NCBI GenBank assembly: GCA_020723105.1
Contig: DYJL01000001.1
Location: 198,273-262,272, forward strand
Origin: Nitrospira japonica
GTDB taxonomy: Bacteria > Nitrospirota > Thermodesulfovibrionia > UBA6902
Length of the DNA: 64,000 nucleotides
Reading direction: 5' to 3'
The translations under genes were made by a program, and so were the position numbers. The notes below the pieces were generated by a model that had not been told where the DNA came from, did not search any database, and saw only the letters and a program-made list of their open reading frames with translations. Of the stretch, positions 10,996-20,470 are shown piece by piece. Each line of letters starts with the position of its first letter. Position 1 is the stretch's first letter.

Positions 10996-11346
10996 GGGTT
11001 GTGGTAAGGAGAAAACATTTTATCAAATTTGTTTTGATCATTATCGCTATTATTTTATTTAACATACTCCTTTGCTATGTGACGAGATTGCCGCGCTCCA
11101 AAAATTATATACCTCCGCACAGAATGTTCAGGTTTAGTCCTATTTGTGAACAGAAGGATGCAGAGTCAAGGAAAACATTGGAAGAAGCAACCGGGGATTT
11201 AAAATCGGGAAAATAGGAAATAGGGATGGAAGACCAGGAAACACCAGACAGGAAACATAATGATGAAGAAGGGTAACCCCAAAGTGTTATGAGCAGCAGA
11301 TATTTGTACTATTACTTTCATCGATATTGCATTGTAAATGTAAAGA

Positions 11347-13839
11347 GTGAAATCAGACATGTCATTTGATCTTTACTATAAAAAGAATACAAAAGAGCTT
11401 ATAGTTCTTTACAAAGATACGGAAAGGGATGTGGTTTGCTTTATCTCTATTGAAAGGCATCCAACAGCAAAACAGAGGATCGTTGGGGTTGATGACTGGA
11501 AGCAGGTCCTGCCGGAGTTCAGGCCATTCAGCTTTAATAGGGCTTATTCCTGTTTCAGAGATCGAACAATATCTGACAGTTCTGATGAATATGAATACAC
11601 ATATCATAAGAGCGTACTTGACCGCTTTTTTCACGATTCATTAGATCAGACAGAGGTATCACTTCTTGACCGGTACAACATCAACCTGTTTCTAATCCTT
11701 CTCTATATCAGGAAAGCGACGATCAATACTTTGATAGAGAACAATCCTGCGTTAGCGCTTATGCTGATCCATGATTCATGCAATTCATCCCTGCCGTTCG
11801 AATCAGATGAGCTGTGGGCGAACATCAGGGAGACGGCTCAATTAATGCCATCGCAGATCGTAAAGAATCTCTATAACATTAAGACAAGCAGAAAGGCTTC
11901 AGAGATTTTTCAGAAGGTCGATACAAAAGAACTGCCATGTATTGAGCCTCTCCTGCAGCTGATAGAAAGTCTAAGGGATTGCTGGGTCATGGGGATACTT
12001 GAGAATCTCAACAGGATATCTTATGAGGTATTGCTCATAATCATTGAGCGAAAGAACAGGTCTGTGATAAGCGCGGGATTCCTGACCTCTGTGAATGCGT
12101 CATCGGGAAGTCCTGTTTCAGCATCTCATATGCTTCAGTGGCTGCATGAGAACCATGTCACGATCCATTTCCCACTAACAAATATGCGCCACCTGCGCAC
12201 TATATACGAGCATATAGTGAAGGAGGAAGACCTCCCTGACGTCGTGGATGAATTTAATTCCGGGCCTTTGATCACATGTCAATCAGATCCAGGGCCACAG
12301 AATGATAGTGTCAAAGAACGAGATCCCATTCTAGAAGTTCCCCATAGAATGGAGAAGGCATCAGATATATTGCTCGCAATGCAGCATGATATACTGGGGC
12401 TTGGAAAAAAGACATACCAAAAGCTCCTGGATCTTGAGAAGGATATACCGGTCATTGATAGACCGGCTGCTGTGCTTAAGGCTGTATCCGTCACAAAGGA
12501 ATTCTTTCTTCTTAAGGAAAGAAAGATAACGCACCTGCTCGAAACATATGATCAATCAAAGGCATTCAACAGCATCGGCAATTCCGAACTTATCAATGAA
12601 CAGTTTCCGGAGCTCGAAAGACTGATCGATCCCGAATTTCTTAGTGAGTATGTGGCATCTGCTGACAGTGATAACTATAGCAGGCGGCTGCGTGGACACG
12701 CCAGAGCATTGAACCGCCACAGGCTGCTTCATGAAATTATTATGGATGAGATCAGAGCTGTAATTAAATGCAGCCAGGCCAAATCCATGACGATCAAGGA
12801 ACTGAAGAGGGTGATAGCTGCAACAGCGCTTCATGATTATAGAAATAAAGATGTACTGCAGGCATTGAAACTCGCAATGGAAATGAATAATCCCATTCTC
12901 AGGGGAAACGCCGTTGCGGAGCTTTTGTTTACTCGCATACCAGCATATATAAGATCACATTTTACGGATGATCCGAAGGTCATTGTCTCCCTGAGGCAGC
13001 GCCTGCTTTCAAAAATATCAAAGGTCAAGGGGCCTCCAAATTTAAAAATAGCGCTGTTCCATCTGGCGCCCAGATCAAACACCCGGAAGAAGGATGATTT
13101 CATCGCAATGATGAACCGGCTACTCTCATTCATCGAGAAAACTGAGATCGTTGATGAAGAATCAAAGATCTCGGTCCGGAGTTTTATTCAGAATGTGACA
13201 GGAGAGATCAGACGTCTAGATTCTATTTACAAAAAACTGTTCCTGACTGAAAAGGAACTTCAGGACGTTTATGGACTGTACAGGCCGAACAACAGACTGG
13301 TCACATGCAATATGCAGCATATAGAGAGGATCATATATGAACACTGCGATATACAGAAACTGTATATGTATCCATGCAAGGATTATCTGGATCTCGAAAA
13401 ATACCGCTGGTCTCATGATTGCAGCAAGGACACGTTGGGAGTAAACCAGCTCAGGACCCCTCAGTTCTTTAATGTCAGGTTATTCAAAAATGACAAGGAA
13501 TATTGCGGGAACATATATATGCTCCAGATGGAATGCGATTCGAGGATTTATCTCCTTGTCGATCGTATCCAGACAGCAAGTTTTGACACGAGGTATGTGA
13601 TGTTCTACGACACCCTGAAGGACGCCTTCCAAAAGATGTTCCGCGACCTTTCCTTTAATGAGATATTACTGCCGGACATAAATGTTTCTAACAATGCATC
13701 ACTTAATAAATTGTTCCATGACTCAAAAAAGAAATATATCAAAAAGAAGGTCAGCTTTGATCTGCATGACGATATGAGACGTAATTTTGAGTGCCTTAGA
13801 AGCGATTCGTTTCATGTTTTATACTCAAAAACGAGTTAG
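11347..13839 (+). CDS. Hypothetical 830-aa protein
   Basis: Long ORF between paralogs B and C. No recognisable motifs. Confidence 0.55.
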   Translation: MKSDMSFDLYYKKNTKELIVLYKDTERDVVCFISIERHPTAKQRIVGVDDWKQVLPEFRPFSFNRAYSCFRDRTISDSSDEYEYTYHKSVLDRFFHDSLDQTEVSLLDRYNINLFLILLYIRKATINTLIENNPALALMLIHDSCNSSLPFESDELWANIRETAQLMPSQIVKNLYNIKTSRKASEIFQKVDTKELPCIEPLLQLIESLRDCWVMGILENLNRISYEVLLIIIERKNRSVISAGFLTSVNASSGSPVSASHMLQWLHENHVTIHFPLTNMRHLRTIYEHIVKEEDLPDVVDEFNSGPLITCQSDPGPQNDSVKERDPILEVPHRMEKASDILLAMQHDILGLGKKTYQKLLDLEKDIPVIDRPAAVLKAVSVTKEFFLLKERKITHLLETYDQSKAFNSIGNSELINEQFPELERLIDPEFLSEYVASADSDNYSRRLRGHARALNRHRLLHEIIMDEIRAVIKCSQAKSMTIKELKRVIAATALHDYRNKDVLQALKLAMEMNNPILRGNAVAELLFTRIPAYIRSHFTDDPKVIVSLRQRLLSKISKVKGPPNLKIALFHLAPRSNTRKKDDFIAMMNRLLSFIEKTEIVDEESKISVRSFIQNVTGEIRRLDSIYKKLFLTEKELQDVYGLYRPNNRLVTCNMQHIERIIYEHCDIQKLYMYPCKDYLDLEKYRWSHDCSKDTLGVNQLRTPQFFNVRLFKNDKEYCGNIYMLQMECDSRIYLLVDRIQTASFDTRYVMFYDTLKDAFQKMFRDLSFNEILLPDINVSNNASLNKLFHDSKKKYIKKKVSFDLHDDMRRNFECLRSDSFHVLYSKTS

Positions 13840-14010
13840 AAAGAAAGAATAAAAACAGAATACAGTAGTCAGAATAAATACAGTTCGTAAGGCTGGCAAG
13901 TTAAAAGCTATTAAAATAGAGGCGTTAGAGCGCATTGCTTTATTCTTAACTTTAAGAACATTATAAACTTTATAAACCTTGTAAATTATATTTTTTCCAA
14001 GTGATGGCAA

Positions 14011-14340
14011 ATGAATAAAAGGAAAGTGCTTTTTGTGTGTACACAGAATTTGATGCGAAGTCCGACTGCGGAGGAAGTATTCAGGGATTATCCGGAGATT
14101 GAAACGAGGTCTGCGGGCATTGGATTTACTTCAGAAACATATTTGGAAGAGTACCTGCTGAAGTGGGCTGACATTGTTTTTGTCATGGAAAAGAAGCATA
14201 AGGATCTAATCGTAAAGAAATTCGGGCAAACAGCACGTTATACACGGATCATATGTCTTGGGATCCCTGATGTATACAATTATATGGATGATGACTTGAT
14301 AGAAGTTCTAAAGATCAGGGTGACGCCATTTTTAAAATGA
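14011..14340 (+). CDS. Low-molecular-weight phosphotyrosine phosphatase / ArsC-family protein (short form)
   Basis: N-terminal VLFVCTQNLMRSPTAE fits the CX5R(S/T) P-loop of the LMW-PTP family. Confidence 0.6.
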   Translation: MNKRKVLFVCTQNLMRSPTAEEVFRDYPEIETRSAGIGFTSETYLEEYLLKWADIVFVMEKKHKDLIVKKFGQTARYTRIICLGIPDVYNYMDDDLIEVLKIRVTPFLK

Positions 14341-14440
14341 TATCCATCAAGGTTGAAGGTTGGAAAGATAAGTAGACAGTATGCAGTGGACAGAAGGCAG
14401 AAAAAAGAAGAAAGCCCTCGATTCTGTATTATTTCTGTTC

Positions 14441-14452
14441 AGCTTTCAAGCT
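14441..14452. promoter_or_regulatory. Palindrome AGCTTTCAAGCT upstream of paralog C
   Basis: Identical 12-mer to 8862..8873. Followed by TTTTCAGCTTTCTATCTGGCCAGCTT, which parallels the paralog B leader. Confidence 0.4.
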
Positions 14453-14486
14453 TTTCAGCTTTCTATCTGGCCAGCTTCTTACTATT

Positions 14487-16586
14487 ATGAATAATAAACA
14501 ATACATCAAACTGACAGGATTCGACAATTTGTACGTGATCCCCTACATACGTGGCAGGCTGGTGTTTGCGGAGCTGGCGGCGAGGGCGCTTGAAGAGGAT
14601 CAGTTTGAACGTGTGGTGGTGGATTTCCCGTTCTTTATGAACAATGACAACCTTCTTGAAAAAGCCTCACAAATGCTGCCTTATGCAAGCTCACTGCTAC
14701 TGAAGAAAAAAGATGGCACTTTTGTTTCCATCCCGTTTGTGCCGAATGACGCGGCCTGCATCACTGTAGCAGCTGTGCAGTCGTTAAAGAAAGACGGGAT
14801 ATCCATTGAGCTTAAATGCATTGATGACTCTCAGGTCTTCAATTATCCGCAGGAGAGTTTAATGCAGTCCGAAATAAATTTCACTGATGACTATTTCGTG
14901 TTTACAGATGGCCTGGAGAATTTCTTTGGGCCTCTGTACATGCAGCTTGATCAGTCCTTGAGAGAGTGCTCCAGGGACCAGCGTTTCTTTAGTGAATACA
15001 GGGCCGGTATTATCGCCGAACGTCTGGCAGGGCTCCTCCGACAGGGGAGTAAGACGCTTTTCGTGTGCGAGTACCGGCTCTGGTCTTTAGTCTCAAGCAT
15101 GCTTGAGGTGGGATCAGTTAGAAGAGGGAACGGTTTTCATCTTTTATGGAAGGACCTCAAGGGCGCGATGGTCTATGAAGATCCCTATTATTTCTGGGCG
15201 CATGGTCTGCTGGATGATTATCCGTTCGCGGTGGAACAGTTCTATAACAAGTTCAGGCTCGGCAGTGTCCGCATGTTCGACAAACTCAAATGCATTGAGG
15301 AGCTTGTTAAGAATTCAATCCACAGGTGCGCTGGAAAGGAGAAGGACAGTTTATCGATACGCAGGCTTATTTCTTTTTATGGGTATCTTGGCACGATGGT
15401 CACAGGTGCCCGTCGCTTTACGCCCCAGCCGCTTATACACCTTTATGACTCGGCGAATTCATGTCTCGGAAAGAGATTTGCGAAGTATATTGCAAAACAG
15501 TTCATGAAATACCCTATCCCTGACAGACAAAGGATCCAGGGCTTTTTAAATATTAAAGAAGGACAGATCGTTACATTACATAAGAAGTTCAATATCCCTG
15601 ACCTGTCGGAGTACCGTTATTTCAATACCGGGGGTACAGAATATTCATTCGACACACTGCAGGATGGCGATCACTCACCTGAAGATCTGAAGAATTTTAT
15701 CTTTAAGCTCGATCCATCGTTAGACAATAAGACCATCAAATCACTTGGTAATAACTCTTTTATGAACTGGGCTGTTCAGTCGGACTATTATATGCATGAG
15801 ACAGCGTGTGGAAAGTTGCGTGACATAATAAACAGAGAGCGCCTTCACGAAACTGCTAAAAAGAGTATGGGCCCGATGGGAAAGGGGATCCACTGGAAAA
15901 GGACGATCAGTTCAAAAGCGCTGGGCGAGGACAACATCTATATCAGATTGAAAAGCAACGTAAAAAAAGCCCTGAAGAACAGGATAGATGAATATACCCC
16001 GATAACATTTATTTTTACAGATGATTTTTGTAATCATGGAAGCAGTACAATCCATGATTCCAATATTACCAACAGGAACATTGAACTTGGTAATTCTGCG
16101 TTCTCAGATAAAAGTGATCCACCCCCGGATCATGTTTACTCAGTTTTCCATACGTTCAGTGGTGGAACTATATATTATGACGGGCACGTGGAAAGAAGAC
16201 AGATTTCCTCAATAACATTTTTATATACCCGTCATACCATGGGTTTACAGAGATATGCCGCTATCATGAAGAGGCCTGAAAGATTTCAGTGCCGGATCTC
16301 TCCCGGGTCTGATCAAGAGGTCCGTAATTTCCCCCTGCCGGAAACCGGTATCGCATGGGCTGTTAAATATGCTGAACATACAGTTATTATCGCAGCTGTC
16401 AACAGCTGGAAGCCGTCAGATACGCTGAGAGAATTTGCGAGGTCAAAAGGGGTAAAGATCCATACGATTCCTCTTTCGAGCTTTCAGCAGGATTTTATAG
16501 AACGTCTGAGAAGCCTTTATTTCACATCGACGCAGGTGAAGACGCATCCTGACGTGGACAGAATAGTGGAGAGGTGTATTGAATAA
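14487..16586 (+). CDS. Uncharacterised 699-aa protein, paralog C
   Basis: Conserved blocks as in paralogs A and B. Conserved 5' leader. Confidence 0.7.
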   Translation: MNNKQYIKLTGFDNLYVIPYIRGRLVFAELAARALEEDQFERVVVDFPFFMNNDNLLEKASQMLPYASSLLLKKKDGTFVSIPFVPNDAACITVAAVQSLKKDGISIELKCIDDSQVFNYPQESLMQSEINFTDDYFVFTDGLENFFGPLYMQLDQSLRECSRDQRFFSEYRAGIIAERLAGLLRQGSKTLFVCEYRLWSLVSSMLEVGSVRRGNGFHLLWKDLKGAMVYEDPYYFWAHGLLDDYPFAVEQFYNKFRLGSVRMFDKLKCIEELVKNSIHRCAGKEKDSLSIRRLISFYGYLGTMVTGARRFTPQPLIHLYDSANSCLGKRFAKYIAKQFMKYPIPDRQRIQGFLNIKEGQIVTLHKKFNIPDLSEYRYFNTGGTEYSFDTLQDGDHSPEDLKNFIFKLDPSLDNKTIKSLGNNSFMNWAVQSDYYMHETACGKLRDIINRERLHETAKKSMGPMGKGIHWKRTISSKALGEDNIYIRLKSNVKKALKNRIDEYTPITFIFTDDFCNHGSSTIHDSNITNRNIELGNSAFSDKSDPPPDHVYSVFHTFSGGTIYYDGHVERRQISSITFLYTRHTMGLQRYAAIMKRPERFQCRISPGSDQEVRNFPLPETGIAWAVKYAEHTVIIAAVNSWKPSDTLREFARSKGVKIHTIPLSSFQQDFIERLRSLYFTSTQVKTHPDVDRIVERCIE

Positions 16587-17167
16587 TGATCATTCAACTT
16601 AAAGAATATAAAACATTTTTGATAACTGCTGCAATTGCTATAATCTTTACGTTCGCTCTGATATATTTTGTTTTACTGCCCGAGCTTTCTCATAAGCCAC
16701 AGACGATTATCAAATATAAAATTATTCAAACAAATGAAGATGAGTGCATTTCAACACCATGCGGTAAAAGCGTTAATAGTCCGGGCATGATAATTTTGGG
16801 GGTCTCAAATGATAAGACCTATGGGTATACACAGGAGAATCCAATTAAGGTAGGAGGATATTCAGAAAAAGACGGCCCTGATAATGAGAGACGATACCTT
16901 AATTCCATCTATGGACCAAATGGAGAAATTATCGGATATACGAGGGAAGGCAGCTGCTGTTCTTTCAGAACATTGAACGGTATGGAAGGATTCGGTCTCC
17001 TTGATAGATTCAAAATCTCTTATGAAGGACTGAAAGAGCCGGTCATCCTTTATCTGAACATGTATGACCATGAGCTCCCCAAAGTGCCGTTCGGGTTTAC
17101 TGTAAAAACTGAGATCAAAGTTATTCAGAAAAACCTTATCTTTAATTTTGTGGATAGGGGAAAATGA
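16586..17167 (+). CDS. Membrane-anchored hypothetical protein (N-terminal TM, Cys-containing ecto-domain)
   Basis: Start ATG overlaps the paralog C stop (TAATGA), indicating translational coupling. One N-terminal hydrophobic helix. Confidence 0.5.
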   Translation: MIIQLKEYKTFLITAAIAIIFTFALIYFVLLPELSHKPQTIIKYKIIQTNEDECISTPCGKSVNSPGMIILGVSNDKTYGYTQENPIKVGGYSEKDGPDNERRYLNSIYGPNGEIIGYTREGSCCSFRTLNGMEGFGLLDRFKISYEGLKEPVILYLNMYDHELPKVPFGFTVKTEIKVIQKNLIFNFVDRGK

Positions 17168-17567
17168 GAGACTGATAAGATTAGAAGGTCCATAAAGTTA
17201 GAAAGTTGGAATATTATTACAATTTAGTTGATTGAAAAACCTAATGAACTGTTTAACTTTATAAACATGTCCACCCAAGATATTGTATAGAATACTCCAA
17301 TCTTCATCTAATTCTAGTGACATGTGGTAATTTGTGGACTTTAGTGGACATAGTGTTTGCAGAAGCGATTCCGTCAAAACAATGGCACGAAGATCTTTGT
17401 AAGATTTATAAAAATAAAAAATATGGAGTCAGTAGTAAGGAGTCAGGATGAAAGAATAAAGGAAACTATTCTGAATTCTGACTCCTTAATTCACTTTTTC
17501 TTAATGTCTTCTTTTGAAGGCCTTCTGGAGTCTGTTTACCCGGATTAGCATAAGGGCATAGAATATT

Positions 17568-17816
17568 ATGAAAGATTTAAATATGAGGAAGGACTTTAGC
17601 AGATTTGTGGGATCGCGGATAAGGTCCTTCAGGGAACAGGCGGGTTTGACCCAGATGCAGCTTGCGTTCATGTCGGACCTGGACCGGTCTTTCATACAGA
17701 AGGTTGAGCACGGCAGGCAGTCGATATCATTTGAGAATATGTGTGAGATAGCGAAATGTTTGAAGCGTCCGTTGTCTGATTTTGTACCATTAGTAAAAGA
17801 GGAAGCCGAAGGATGA
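17568..17816 (+). CDS. XRE-family helix-turn-helix transcriptional regulator
   Basis: GLTQMQLAFMSDLDRSFIQKVEHGRQSISFENMCEIAKCL is a Cro/C1-type HTH. Confidence 0.7.
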   Translation: MKDLNMRKDFSRFVGSRIRSFREQAGLTQMQLAFMSDLDRSFIQKVEHGRQSISFENMCEIAKCLKRPLSDFVPLVKEEAEG

Positions 17817-17849
17817 CAAAGTAGTCAGGACGATTGGAAAAGAACGATA

Positions 17850-19013
17850 ATGAATTTAAAGGTAAACATACACCAAAAACTTCTATATCGGGTATATGGG
17901 AATTCACTTGCAGTTATTATGAACGCAAAAGAAAACAGCGTGACCTTATTGCAGAATGAGCCTCTTGAATTATGGAAACAGATCCTAAGTAGAAATAACA
18001 TTGATAAAAGTTATTATCCCAAACTCAAACAGTTAGCTGATCTGGGACTTGTTGAAATAGAAGGGGCGATTAAAAACCAGCACAGTTCTGGAGTAAATGA
18101 TCGATCTGTTCAGGAAGTGGATCTGGGGGCTGTTAACTACTGGGCCTTTAAAAATCTTATTCCCCTGAGTGGGCATTTTGAATTGACGAGTAGATGTAAT
18201 TTAAGATGCCGGCATTGCTACTGTATCTATACGGATAAAGATTCTTTAGATACCAATAAAATTATCACGATATTGGATGATCTCCATGAGAGCGGGACCT
18301 TCGGATTGGTTTTGACCGGGGGAGAAATATTTGGCAGAGAGGATATCCTTGATATTTTAAAATATCTGAATGAAAAGAAATTTGTATTGAGATTGAATAC
18401 GAACGGGGTGTTGATCGATGAGAAGATCGTGAAAGAGATGGAAGGACTTTCAAATATTTATAGAATACATGTAAGCCTTTATAGCTCTAAGCCTGAAGTT
18501 CATGACATGATCACAAGGATGGAGGGCTCTTTTCAGAAGACATTAAATGCCATACGACTTTTAAAAGAAGCAGGATTTGGCATTCGTATCAACTGCTCTC
18601 TTATGCAATCCAATGCAGACTCCTATAAAGAGATAAAGACTGAAATAGGAGACAAGCTTAATATTCCCGTGCATTATGATCCGTTCATTTTTCCAAAAGA
18701 TAATGGAAAGATCGAAAACATGTATGAAATGTTTGACGATGATCAGATCAAGGATTATGAAACGTTTAACAAGAAAGAGCCGTCCGGGAAAAAGCCAAAG
18801 CTTTGTAAAGCGGCTTTCTCATTTTTTTCAATCTGTGAAGATGGAAGTATTTATCCCTGCCTGAAGATGAAAAAATATTATGACAAGCCTCTCGCTAATT
18901 TACAGGAATCCTCTTTCAAAGAGATCTGGTATAACTCGGCAGAGATAAAAAAGGTGAGGAATGTACTCAATGATAAACTGAGAGATTGCAATGTATGCGA
19001 TTTAAGCATATAA
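17850..19013 (+). CDS. Radical SAM / SPASM-domain peptide-modifying enzyme with an N-terminal PqqD-like RRE
   Basis: CNLRCRHCY (CxxxCxxC) at about residue 115. The N-terminal 100 aa (LYRVYGNSLAVIMNAKENSVTLLQNEPLELWKQIL) look like a RiPP recognition element. A C-terminal Cys cluster (CKAAF..CEDGSIYPC...CNVC) is consistent with SPASM. Confidence 0.65.
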   Translation: MNLKVNIHQKLLYRVYGNSLAVIMNAKENSVTLLQNEPLELWKQILSRNNIDKSYYPKLKQLADLGLVEIEGAIKNQHSSGVNDRSVQEVDLGAVNYWAFKNLIPLSGHFELTSRCNLRCRHCYCIYTDKDSLDTNKIITILDDLHESGTFGLVLTGGEIFGREDILDILKYLNEKKFVLRLNTNGVLIDEKIVKEMEGLSNIYRIHVSLYSSKPEVHDMITRMEGSFQKTLNAIRLLKEAGFGIRINCSLMQSNADSYKEIKTEIGDKLNIPVHYDPFIFPKDNGKIENMYEMFDDDQIKDYETFNKKEPSGKKPKLCKAAFSFFSICEDGSIYPCLKMKKYYDKPLANLQESSFKEIWYNSAEIKKVRNVLNDKLRDCNVCDLSI

Positions 19014-19025
19014 CAGGAGGTAAAA

Positions 19026-19259
19026 ATGGAGATCAACCTAAAAATAAAGTATTGTTTTGATCAGATCTTAAAGGAAATGGGCACTGAGAAAGCTGCTGAT
19101 ATTATGGTCTTAACAGCTAAAGACAGGTTTTTTGTGGGGTACGGTTGTGAATATTCAGAATATAGTGATATGCCTCCCGATCTAAGGGCCAATAAACTCT
19201 ATCTGTACAAAGCGCAACAGAATTCTTCAGGAAATATTTCTATATGTAAGTGCAGATGA
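19026..19259 (+). CDS. Small 77-aa protein coupled to the rSAM gene (candidate precursor or partner peptide)
   Basis: Strong SD AGGAGG lies 7 nt upstream, 12 nt after the rSAM stop. Contains Cys at positions 10, 41, 74 and 76, ending ...SGNISICKCR. Confidence 0.4.
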   Translation: MEINLKIKYCFDQILKEMGTEKAADIMVLTAKDRFFVGYGCEYSEYSDMPPDLRANKLYLYKAQQNSSGNISICKCR

Positions 19260-19304
19260 AATTAAGGTTTGAAAGTTAGAAAGCTTGAAGGTTGAGAAGA
19301 TGGG

Positions 19305-20435
19305 ATGAATAGCAGGGATACAAGGGACATTGTGATTGCGGTTGGTTTGCTTTCAGGGGTCGGGATCCTGATGGTTTTCAGCTCGACAGCTGTCATGTCG
19401 ATGCAGAGTAACGGGCGCGGGGCTGCCTATCTTTGGAAACACCTTTTTACTGTCTGCGTCGGAGCAGTTGTAATGCTCACGCTGTCAATGGGCGACTATA
19501 AAAAAGCCAGATCATGTGTTCCCCATCTGATCGCTGTATCATCACTGCTGTTGCTTCTTGTATTTGTCCCCGGGATCGGTATCTCCGCAAACGGGGCGCA
19601 GAGATGGATACGGGTATGGCCGACCACACTGACCTTTCAGCCCACAGAACTGCTAAAGCTGGTAATGGTCATTTCCCTCGCGGACTATATGGATAAATAC
19701 GTTTACAGGATGAAGGACTACAGGTACGGGATCTGTATTCCCATCGTCATATTGTTGGTGTTTCAGACGATCATCATGCTGCAGCCGGATTTTGGCGCGG
19801 TCATGAGTCTGGCAATACTTGCGATAGGCCTTTTAATGCTCGGTGGCGCCAGAATGAGATACTTAAGCGCTATGATACTGGCATCGATACCGGCAGTATA
19901 CATACTTATCAGGATCGCTCCATACAGGCTTAAACGGTTTACATGTTTTCTCGACCCATGGCAAGACTCTTTAGGCTGCGGATATCAGCTAATCCAGTCG
20001 CTCATCGCGATCAATAACGGAAAGATCCTTGGCATGGGTATTGGAAACAGCAAACAGAAGCTCGGATTCCTGCCGGAGACCCATACTGATTTTATATTTT
20101 CCATCATAGGCGAAGAATTCGGTCTTATAATAAGCTTGTGTGTGGTAGGTCTATTTGTCTGGCTCTTTATAAAAGGAATTAAGGTCGCCTCACGGACTGA
20201 TGATCAGTTCAGCTACTACCTTGCGATAGGACTCTCGCTGATGATCGGTGTCCAGGCCATGATAAACTTTGCCGTTACCATGGGATTGCTGCCTACAAAA
20301 GGCCTACCCCTGCCGTTTATCAGCTACGGTGGTTCAGCCCTTGTTGTCAATATGGCTGCTGCGGGCATTCTGATAAATATATCACGGCAGAATGAGAGGA
20401 GAAGTGTATATTCGAAAACAAGTTTCTCCTTATAA
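19305..20435 (+). CDS. FtsW/RodA/SpoVE (SEDS) family peptidoglycan polymerase
   Basis: About 10 TM segments. The block GAQRWIRVWPTTLTFQPTELLKLVMVI is typical of SEDS proteins. Confidence 0.75.
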   Translation: MNSRDTRDIVIAVGLLSGVGILMVFSSTAVMSMQSNGRGAAYLWKHLFTVCVGAVVMLTLSMGDYKKARSCVPHLIAVSSLLLLLVFVPGIGISANGAQRWIRVWPTTLTFQPTELLKLVMVISLADYMDKYVYRMKDYRYGICIPIVILLVFQTIIMLQPDFGAVMSLAILAIGLLMLGGARMRYLSAMILASIPAVYILIRIAPYRLKRFTCFLDPWQDSLGCGYQLIQSLIAINNGKILGMGIGNSKQKLGFLPETHTDFIFSIIGEEFGLIISLCVVGLFVWLFIKGIKVASRTDDQFSYYLAIGLSLMIGVQAMINFAVTMGLLPTKGLPLPFISYGGSALVVNMAAAGILINISRQNERRSVYSKTSFSL

Positions 20436-20470
20436 TACATTTAACCACAGAGGTCTCAGAGAATAAAAAG

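Noticed and set aside
15103-15507. 134-aa ORF in an alternative frame inside paralog C
   Set aside because: It is internal to a well-supported long ORF whose conserved blocks are shared by the two sister paralogs. No independent signal.
6666-16586. Hypothesis that the 698-aa paralogs are toxSAS-type alarmone synthetase toxins partnered with the SAH-like HD protein
   Set aside because: No synthetase-domain signature (the RelA/SpoT nucleotidyltransferase G..K / D.D motif pattern) is visible, and the proteins are far larger than known toxSAS. The VWA-partner hypothesis fits the MoxR context better.
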